A stretch of 39,170 nucleotides of DNA from Candidatus Uhrbacteria bacterium RIFOXYB12_FULL_58_10 (lineage in GTDB: Bacteria; Patescibacteriota; Patescibacteriia; UBA9934; GWF2-40-263): assembly GCA_943357025.1 (NCBI GenBank), contig CALRGA010000002.1, positions 1 through 39,170 of the forward strand. The letters run 5' to 3'. The position numbers and the translations under genes are program-made. Positions 25,147 to 33,600 of this stretch are shown here, one piece after another. The notes under the pieces are model-generated. The model searched no databases. It saw only the letters and a list, made by a program, of their open reading frames with translations, and was not told where the DNA came from. Every line of letters begins with the position of its first letter. Within the stretch, counting starts at the first letter, position 1.

Positions 25147-26135
25147 GTCACGCTGTTCAGCATCATCTTGAACGTCTGGAGATAGTCGACCGTCGCCTTC
25201 GCGGCCGTGGTCATCTTTACCGTCATTACGGAATCCTTCGAGAACACGTAATTCGTCATCTGATCCTCGGACACGAGCATCGCGGAGCCGTTCTTGGTCG
25301 TCGTCTTCGTGACGGACCCGTCGATTTCCTGCTTCTTGTACCACGCATCGGGGGTCGTGCCTTCCGGCATCCCAAGCTTGGCGAGCGCGATCGTCACCGT
25401 CTCGCCGGACGTCGCGACGATCGTCACGAGTCCGTCCGCCGCGGCCGGCTCGACCTTCCATATGGACGGGTAGAACAGCGAGTAGCCGGTTCCCTGGTGA
25501 ACCTTCACGAGCCCGGCGGCATACAGCGTTCCCGGCGACGTTCCGGCGGGATTGTAGCGATGGTACACCTCGTTTCCATCCAGGAATCCGTCGGAGTCCG
25601 TGTCCGGAAGCCGTGAATTGGTCCCGTAGATCAATTTCTCCTCGATGTCCGTCAGGCCGTCCGAATCCGTGTCCGTTCCTGGGACGACGGCCGTCGGGAA
25701 CGGGCTTTCGACCGGCTTCGGCACCTCGACCGGCTTGGGAGTTTCCACCGGCTTTGGCGTCGGCTTCGTGGCAGGGGTCGGAGTTGGGGTTGGTTTCACG
25801 ACAACGGGAACGACGACCGGAACGGGCTCCGGCTTCGTCGCGACGATGATTCCCGTGACGGCGAGCGCGACGACGACGATTCCGCCGGCGCCAAGCGCGA
25901 TCTTTTTCTTCGTCGACATTCCCTTCTTCGGCGCGCCCGGAACCCCGGGCTTTGGCGCCACGGCCACCGGAGGAGCCGTAACGGGCCGTGCCGCCGGCGC
26001 CGGAACCGCCATCTTCTTTCCGGTCGCGCCATGACGGTATTCCGCCGGCATCACGAACATGGCGGGCTCCGAAAGAGGGGCTCCGGCCGTCGATGGCTTT
26101 TCCATCTGCTGTTGCGGGTTCGCGATGTCGGACAT
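25137..26135 (-). CDS. Single-pass membrane protein with a Pro/Thr/Lys-rich stalk and thrombospondin-type-3-like Ca-binding repeats
   Basis: TM IALGAGGIVVVALAVTGIIVA. Stalk KPTPTPTPATKPTPKPVETPKPVEVPKPVE. DTDSDGLTDIEEKLIYGTN...PDTDSDGFLDGNEVYHRYNPAG. C-terminal globular domain. Confidence 0.7.
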   Translation of the reverse strand: MSDIANPQQQMEKPSTAGAPLSEPAMFVMPAEYRHGATGKKMAVPAPAARPVTAPPVAVAPKPGVPGAPKKGMSTKKKIALGAGGIVVVALAVTGIIVATKPEPVPVVVPVVVKPTPTPTPATKPTPKPVETPKPVEVPKPVESPFPTAVVPGTDTDSDGLTDIEEKLIYGTNSRLPDTDSDGFLDGNEVYHRYNPAGTSPGTLYAAGLVKVHQGTGYSLFYPSIWKVEPAAADGLVTIVATSGETVTIALAKLGMPEGTTPDAWYKKQEIDGSVTKTTTKNGSAMLVSEDQMTNYVFSKDSVMTVKMTTAAKATVDYLQTFKMMLNSVTWL

Positions 26136-26146
26136 ATAAAAGTTCG

Positions 26147-26776
26147 TTACGGAGCCGTCGTTCCGAATAATTTGCCTGTGCCGTTCGGATTGTATCCGCC
26201 CTTTACCTCGGCGCCGTCAAGATACGTGTCGCCGTCGGTGTCGGATTTCAGCGGGTTGGTCTTGTACGTGGAAACCTCCTCCTTGTCGAACAACCCGTCG
26301 GCGTCCGTGTCGGCCGACGTCGGGCTCGTGCCGAGCTTTGCTTCCTCGGCGTCGGTGAGGCCGTCCTTGTCCCGGTCGACGGTGTCGACGGGCGGAGCCG
26401 TCGTCGCGGGAGTCGGCGTTTCCTCCGGCATCTCGTCATCCGGCGTCGTCACGGCCTTCGGCGGCGTCTTCACGACGGGAGCGACGACGGCCGGCGGCTC
26501 TTCGATCACGGCGGGCTCGACGGGAACCGCGTCCGTCTTCGAGGCCATCATGAAGTACGCGATCCCAGCGGCCGAACCGACGACCACGACGATCGCCGCG
26601 ACCACGATGACCGGCTTCCACGGGAACGAGCGGCCCGAAGACGAGCTCGAAGACGGCGCCGATTCCGGCACGACCTCTCCGACCCTGCGGACGATCTCCG
26701 ACGCGGGCGGCGGAGGCGGGGCCGCGGATTCAACACCCGCGAAGATATCCTCTGGGGGTTTGACGTTCTCGAACAT
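26147..26776 (-). CDS. Single-pass membrane protein with thrombospondin-type-3-like repeats
   Basis: Track ORF 26147..26920 trimmed to ATG 26776 (MFENVKPPEDIF..) because the upstream codons are the intergenic repeat elements. TM PVIVVAAIVVVVGSAAGIAYFMM. DRDKDGLTDAEEAKLGTSPTSADTDADGLFDKEEVSTYKTNPLKSDTDGDTYLDGAEVKGGYNPNGTG. Confidence 0.65.
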   Translation of the reverse strand: MFENVKPPEDIFAGVESAAPPPPPASEIVRRVGEVVPESAPSSSSSSGRSFPWKPVIVVAAIVVVVGSAAGIAYFMMASKTDAVPVEPAVIEEPPAVVAPVVKTPPKAVTTPDDEMPEETPTPATTAPPVDTVDRDKDGLTDAEEAKLGTSPTSADTDADGLFDKEEVSTYKTNPLKSDTDGDTYLDGAEVKGGYNPNGTGKLFGTTAP

Positions 26777-26785
26777 ATGGGGGAA

Positions 26786-26838
26786 GTGGATACGAATCAA
26801 CGAATTGGCTACGGAACTACGAATGCTACGGATTTTTT
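26786..26838 (+). repeat. AT-rich intergenic element, copy C (left half only)
   Basis: GTGGATACGAATCAACGAATTGGCTACGGAACTACGAATGCTACGGATT matches the first ~48 nt of copy A with about 6 mismatches (by eye). It ends in a T-run and lacks the right arm. Confidence 0.55.
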
Positions 26839-26846
26839 CCTCGTCT

Positions 26847-26879
26847 CCCCTCCTTCCGCAAGGAGGGGTTAGGGGGTGG
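26847..26879 (+). repeat. GC-rich hairpin element, intergenic copy, abutting a stop codon
   Basis: CCCCTCCTT (26847-26855), ccgc, AAGGAGGGG (26860-26868), plus the tail TTAGGGGGTGG. It ends 1 nt from the TAA (26880-26882) of the Cys-rich protein gene. Confidence 0.5.
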
Positions 26880-27680
26880 TTATTGGGAAAGTGTTCCTGG
26901 CCCGTACGGATTATAGCCACCCTGGATCTCGATGAGATCCGTGTACCCGTCGCCGTCGGAATCTAGGTTTGGGTCGGGTTCGACGATCGCGGGTTCGACG
27001 GGCGCCGGCTCATCGCGATCCGGCGGCCCTACCAGCTCGGCGCACATCTCTCGGTCGGCCTCGATGGTGAGCGCGGCACATGCGGCCTGGTCATCGGACG
27101 CGACCGCGGCCTCGTAGGCTGCCAGGTCGTCGCACGTCTCCTGATCCTTCCCTCGTTCCGCGCAATTAGCCGACGTCAGCGGCCCGTCTACCGCGGACGC
27201 GCAGTTCGTCTGCTTTTCGGCATCAGTGATCTTATCGCAGTATGACTTGTCCATTCCCGCAAGAGCCAGCTTGAGATAGATCGCACTCGCGCATTTCTCT
27301 GCCTTTGTCGCATCCTCGATCAACGCGCAGCTGTCCGCGTCGTTCCGCTCACGCGCAATCGTCCAAATGCACGAGTCGCGATCCTTCCCCTCCAGCTGTC
27401 CGCACACGCTTGCCGCACCGGTCGCCTTCGCAGCCAGCAAGACCTTCTTGCGACGACACTCCTCCGGATCCGGCTGCTCCGCGCATCCAACGAGCGACGC
27501 CGCAAGCTGCGTCTCAACACGATCCATGTTCTGCGTGGCAATCTCAACCTTCTGCCGGCTCCGCACGAACAGCACGGCCCCGATGATCAATGCGACCGCC
27601 AAGACCGCCGCCCCCGCAATGAGGGCGACGATCTTCCAGGGAGGACGCTGCGTTTCGGTTGATTGGTCGAAGCCGTTCAT
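26880..27680 (-). CDS. Single-pass membrane protein with periodic Cys-rich helical repeats and a C-terminal thrombospondin-type-3-like motif
   Basis: Start taken at ATG 27680 (MNGFDQS..), 5 nt after the giant gene's TGA; the track start 27701 is a TTG inside that gene. TM WKIVALIAGAAVLAVALIIGAVLFV. 14 Cys spaced ~10-25 aa apart (..DPEECRR..SVCGQL..DRDSCIW..DADSCAL..AEKCAS..KSYCDK..QTNCAS..SANCAE..QETCDD..QAACAA..REMCAE). C-terminal DSDGDGYTDLIEIQGGYNPYGPG. Confidence 0.65.
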   Translation of the reverse strand: MNGFDQSTETQRPPWKIVALIAGAAVLAVALIIGAVLFVRSRQKVEIATQNMDRVETQLAASLVGCAEQPDPEECRRKKVLLAAKATGAASVCGQLEGKDRDSCIWTIARERNDADSCALIEDATKAEKCASAIYLKLALAGMDKSYCDKITDAEKQTNCASAVDGPLTSANCAERGKDQETCDDLAAYEAAVASDDQAACAALTIEADREMCAELVGPPDRDEPAPVEPAIVEPDPNLDSDGDGYTDLIEIQGGYNPYGPGTLSQ

Positions 27681-27685
27681 AGGGT

Positions 27686-30600
27686 TCAAGGTACGGGACA
27701 ATACGTGAATGCGATGTCGTCCAATGAGATGTATCCGCCGCCGTTGAAATCAACCGTCATCGGAATGTTCATTTCCTCGCCGGTACACTCGAAGTTCGTC
27801 GGGAACGGAAGCTCGCGATTGTGTCCGCTCGTAACCGTTCCAGGCGTCAACGTCTCGTCGACGGTCAGGCCGACGGTGACGCCGAGAACTGAGTCGATAA
27901 TCGCGTCGTACATCGTGGCTACGCCAGCCTCATCCTGCGCAGAGTATGAGTATGTCCTGGTAAGACAGTCCGATATGTCGTCGTAATCCTCTCCACAATC
28001 ATCGCTTGACAAATGAGCCATGTATGAGGCGTACGCATTCGTTGAAGTGGCAGTTATGCCTGCCGTGTAGATAAGAACGTCTCCGGACCCGCGAATCGCC
28101 GCGTCAGCTCCGACGTCATTGTCAGCAGAGCAACTGTTTAACAAACCATCTGCGACCTCCTTTGTGCAGCAGTAGTAATTGTAATAATCTGTTTCATTAT
28201 CACTTTCCTTGCCGCATGCGAGCGGGAGATATGAGCCGTAGCACGAGCCGGCGTTTGTAGAGGTCGTGCAGTAATCGTTTGACCTGTCTTCGAAGACCTC
28301 ACCGTCAGAGAGAAGTACGATGATTTTTGCATCTGCTGTGGTTTGATCCAGCTGTTGGATCGCATATTTCAACCCAGCATAGAACGGCGGTCCGGAATCG
28401 ATATCTGTCCCTGCTGCGTAGCCTTCCACCGTTGTAATCAGATCATTTTCGTCATTTGAGCCAAGCTCCATGTCAATAAGGTATCCTTCATTTGCGGTAC
28501 CAGGATTATAGAGCGCCCCGAGTCGCAGAAGTCCGATTTGCAAATCGCCAGACGATAGGGAGTCATACAGAGTGCTGATCGCGCTAGCTTCGGCGGCACT
28601 TACAAGGGCAATGCGACTTTGAGTTGAAGTATCATCCGACGCAATGGTAGCCCCGTTGATATCCCTGGTCATCGTGACGGTATAATCCGTAATGAAGTAC
28701 ACAGCCACGCTCGGGGTTTCGACGTTGCTCGTGTTCACATCCGCCGTGATCTTGGTTCCCACCGTGCAAGCCGGCAAACTCAGCGAGGCCTGGTCGATTT
28801 CTTCGCTCAACGGATCATAACTGTACAGGTCGATCGAATCCGAGGCGGCGGCGCCGACCTCTTCGGTCGTGGCGAGGACAGCGGTGGTTTCGTAGGTGAA
28901 CGGACAGGATGCCTCGCAAGTGAGCGAGCAGGTCGGGGCGACGCAGGTGCCGCCGTCGCAGGCGCTCTTGTCATTTATTCTCGTGGTGTGCGCGGTACCC
29001 GTCGAATCCGGATTCATCGTGCAGTATTCCCCGTTCTGCGTCCCGCCGTTGCAGATACCCATCTTGCGACAGGTGAATCCGCTTTCACATCCGGTTGCGG
29101 TCCCTTCATCCGTCGCGTCGCACGTTCCAGCCTGATCCATGGCATGATCGTCGACCGCGCCGTCACTGTCCGCATCGATGTATGCGTTGTCAAAGCAGTA
29201 GTACGGCAGGTCGCTTCCATCGCAGTACTCGGACCCGTTTACCTCGCCGTCGCCGCAGTACTCGCCCGATGTGGTCTTGTACTGGCAGTTGGCGGTGCAG
29301 TAGTGGCAGGTGCTGTCGTAGCTGGCGTCGCACGCCGTGCCGTTGTCCGACCCGTCGTCGCACGACTCCACGCCGGAGTACACCTCGCCGTCGCCGCACA
29401 CGTTTTCCTCGCAGGAAGTCGTGCACGCGTCGGTATCGTCGTCGTTGCCGTCGTCGCATTCTTCGGTTCCGTCCACGGACCCGTTGCCGCAGTATTCCTC
29501 GCTCACGCACGAGGTCCAGTCGTCCCAGGTACACATCAGGCGCTCGGCCGTCTTGCACGTTCGGGTTCGGGTCAGGTTGTAGGTGACGGTTCCGCACTCG
29601 AACTGACAGGTCGTGCGGCCGTCGACGGCATCCCCGATATACGAATCATGATCTGTTGCCCCGTCGGGTTGATCATCCTCACACGGGATCCCCTGGTCCG
29701 AAACGTCATCACAAAACCCATCCGTGCATGAACCACTGTCACAATTGGCAGGCGTTCCGTAACATGGCGTGCCAACGTCGCTCGCTCCGGAACAGACGAT
29801 CGAGGTTCCGCACGCCGCGCTTCCGTCGGGCGCCGTGGTTCCCGTTCCGCACGTTCCCGACGAGCAGTCGTCGTCGGTCGTGCATTCCGTTCCGTCGTCG
29901 CACAACGCGCCGGCCCAGGCCGCGTAATCGCCGTCGCATTCCTCGGAACCGTTGATTTCCCCGTCGCCGCAGCTCGGGCCAGGGCTCTTGCAGTCGTACG
30001 AGCAGGTTCCGGTCGGCCTTCGCTCCCACTGGCCGTTGGAATTCGCGCAGGAATTGAGGTACGCCCAGCTGGACGTGCCGTACGTCGCGTCGGTCCCGCT
30101 CATCAGATCACTGAAATTCGTTGATTCTCCGCAGTCGCATTCCTCGCCGCCGGCAAGGTAACCGTCGCCGCAGAAGAAGGCGGAATCGGTTGAGCAGTCG
30201 TCGCCGCAGTGGCCGTACGTGCCGTTTGCATCTCCGTCGTCGCACGTCTCGCCGGTTTCTACGACGCCGTTGCCGCAGGAATAATCTACGCACGCCGCTC
30301 CATCCTCATCCTCCGATTCGGTAACCGTCCTGTACGAGGAGCAGTCGCTCTCACAGGTCGTAGAAATTGTCCCGCCGTCCGTCCCACAGTCAATTGCCTC
30401 GCAGGTTCCCGTCGAGCAGTCGTCGTCGCTCGAGCAGAGGACCCCCTCGCCGATGCCGTCTCCGTCCGTATCGCACGCCGTATCGCCGGAGACGACGTCA
30501 CCGATCTCGCACGCCTCGTAGTTGTCGCTTGTCTCGTCCGTATTTCGAATCCCGTCTCCGCAGATGGCGGAAACGCCGATTTCGTCGCCGGTACAGAATG

Positions 30601-33600
30601 CTTCCGCGCTCGATCCTTTGATGAATCCCCTCTCCAGATCAGCGGAGTCGCCGTCATAATCATACTCAAGCGTCACCGTCCCGAGGTCGGTCGGATCGAT
30701 CTCGCCGTACCAGACGTCATCCTCGTACTCAAGCGCCGCCTTCAGCTCGAACGACAGGCCGCCGACGCTTCGGTAGCCGTAGACGTGCGATTCGTCGGGA
30801 CACATGAAGGTGGCCGCGATGGAATTCCAGCAGGTGGCAGACTCGTAGTTCTCCCCGTCGCAGGCAAAAAACTCGTTCAGCGGATCGGACGGTACCGAGG
30901 AGCCTAGCGCGTTGCCGAGCCCCGATGCCCATGATGGCCAGGCGCTAAAGGAAAACGAGCTGATGAACGTACCGTCCGCGAGCTTCGGAACGGACGCCTC
31001 GCACGTCTCGTCGCCCGGGCAGGAATCGTCGGAGGTGCACGCCTGGTTGGTCGTGACCGAACACAGGCCGTTCGCCTCGCCGTAATCGTCGAGCAGGCCC
31101 GCGATGACGGTTACGTCCTGGAGGCGCTGTAGATCGCGCGTCAGCTTGGCCTTTTCCGCGTCGCAGGTCTGGCCGCTTTCGCAGTCTCCGTCCCATTCGC
31201 AGGCGATAAATTCGCCCGTGTCGGCATCCGTCTGGTAGCTTTCATCCGCGGCGGACTGGCATAGGTTGACGTCCGTGACGATGCTGTCGTTCGCGTTGAA
31301 CGACCAGTTCTCAAGAATCTGGGAGAAGATTTCCTGGGATGTCGCCTCGGCATCTTCCGTATAGGAAACGGCGACCACGTTCGAATAGATCGTGCCGAAC
31401 TTCACGTTCGTCGCGGCGACGTACGTGGTGTTTCCGTCCGTGACGGCGTTGTATCCGTCCACGGTCGTGCCCGACGGCGATCCGGTGAAACCCATTTCGT
31501 CGTACCAGGCGTACGGGGAAAGATACGTCCCGTTCGGCAGCACGCGCACGCCGATGGCGTCGGACGTTCCCTCCACCTTGAAGATGAGCTCCTGGATGAT
31601 GTCCGTCGTGTACGAGGTCACGTCGATGGGAACGTACGTTCCGTCCACAAGCGTGCCGATTTCCGGAAGATCATCCGACTCGTCGCCGGCGACGCCGTAG
31701 TCGCGGCAGTAGAAGAAGCTGAATTTCGACAGGGAATCCACGTACGGGAACCCGATCGTCGGGAGGTTGTCGCAGACGTTCGCAGTGAGAAGAAGCGTTC
31801 CGCTTACGGCGTCGTTTGCGTCCTCGAACGTGTTGGATTCGTCGAACGTCGCGGTCGAGACGACGTACTCGGTACCGGTGAGCCCGGACGCGGTCGCGGT
31901 GGACGTCTCGACATCCGTTGACTCGCTTGCTTCGGGCGTGTCGATGACGTTCGTGTTCGTCGTCGAGTCCGCCGCGACGGACGTTCCCCACGTCCAGCTC
32001 CAGCCGTACGCGGTCGTTTCCTGGATGGCCACCTCCTGGCCGCCGCGGATCGAATAGGCGCTCGCAAGAACAGAGTGCGTCTCGTCCGCCGCGGTGAAGT
32101 ATCCGATACTCGGATCGGCGATGTACGGAACGGTCAGCGAATCAACCGTTCCAAGGTCCTCGACCGTTACCGAGTCGAGCGTACAGATTTCCGGTCCGGT
32201 CGTGAACGTGCTGACGACAATGTTCGCGTCGCCTTCCAGCCCTTCCAATCTCACGGCCCCCGTCCCTGACGCGTCGATGCTCACCGCGTTCTCGGAAAGC
32301 ACGCCGGAGATCGTGTCGGCGGCATTCGTCGGATCTGCGTCTTCCACCACCACGAGCTGGTACTCTGAGTCAGCCTCAAGCGCGTCGGCGATGTTCAGCG
32401 CGACGTGGGATCCGACGGAATCGGTCATCGATTCGGTCGTAAGATCGTACGTGACGGGAATGATACAGGCGAAAGTTTTGTCCTGATCGGCGGCCGAAAG
32501 CTCGGCGTGCGCGACGGACGCGAAGATTTGGCTCACGGAACGGACAACCCAATTCCAAGCCCTGGCGATCCAGGACCGCGACGTCGATTCCGAGAACGCG
32601 AGGTACGATTGCGTGTACGTCGACGGACAGTTCAAGGCGGTAACCTCCTCGCCGTCGAGCAGTGTCAGCTCGAGATACAGGTTCTGGTGACCCTCGCCGT
32701 AGTTGAAGATGCCGTCCTCGTTCGAATCGGTCCAGGAGGACAGCGACGTGGAATCCATGACATCCGTGAAGTTGACGTAGATCGCCGTGTTTCGACACAC
32801 GTCGCCATCGCCGTCCATCGGATACTGTCCATCGACCTCCGGGCGCTCAAAGCAGCAGCCCGACGTCCCGCTTCCGTACAGCTCGGTATTGCCGCAATCC
32901 TCATCGGTAACGCTGGAGCAGATGAGCGTCAGGGCACCATCGCCGGTTTCCCCGCTATCCGACTCGGTCGCGGTAATCGTCGCGGACGCCGTTCCGTCGA
33001 CGACGTCGGACGCAGCCGATGCGCTGATCCTTGAGACACCCCAGTAACCGTAGTGTGCGTCTGTGCTGGCGGCCGCGGCATCACATTCCTCGCCGCCGGT
33101 GTCCTCGTCGCCCGTAATCACGCCGTCGCCGCAGTAGCTCGAATAATCCAGGGAAGATCCCTCGCTCAAGCCTTCCGACGAGCAGCCGTCTCCGTCATCC
33201 GTGCCGCCGTCGTCGCAGTCCTCGGATTGATCCGACCATGCGCCATCCACGCCCGTATAATCGACGCGACCGTCTCCGGAACACGGAGCGACGACCGGCA
33301 GGCAGGAACCGCCACTCGATCCGTCATCCATGTCGTCGCACAACGAACCAATTCCCGTGCAGTTTACTCCTGACAACGAGCACTCGAATGCGCAGACGTC
33401 GGCGCCCTCATACAAACATTCCGCTGAGCAGCCGTCGTCGTCGACGGTGTCGCCGTCGTCGCAGTCCTCGCCCTCCTCGGGAACGCCGCCATTTCCGCAG
33501 GTAGAGTATGATCCCTCGTCAACCACCTCGCCTCCCTCGTTCAGACAGACCGAGGAACAGCCGTCGCCGCTGAAGGAGTTATCGTCGTCGCAATCCTCGC

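Noticed and set aside
26847-26879. GC-rich hairpin as a rho-independent terminator of the gene ending at 26880.
   Set aside because: On the coding (minus) strand the stem is followed by agacgaggaaaaaa, an A-run rather than a U-run. The same hairpin family also occurs inside coding regions, so it is better treated as a repeat element.
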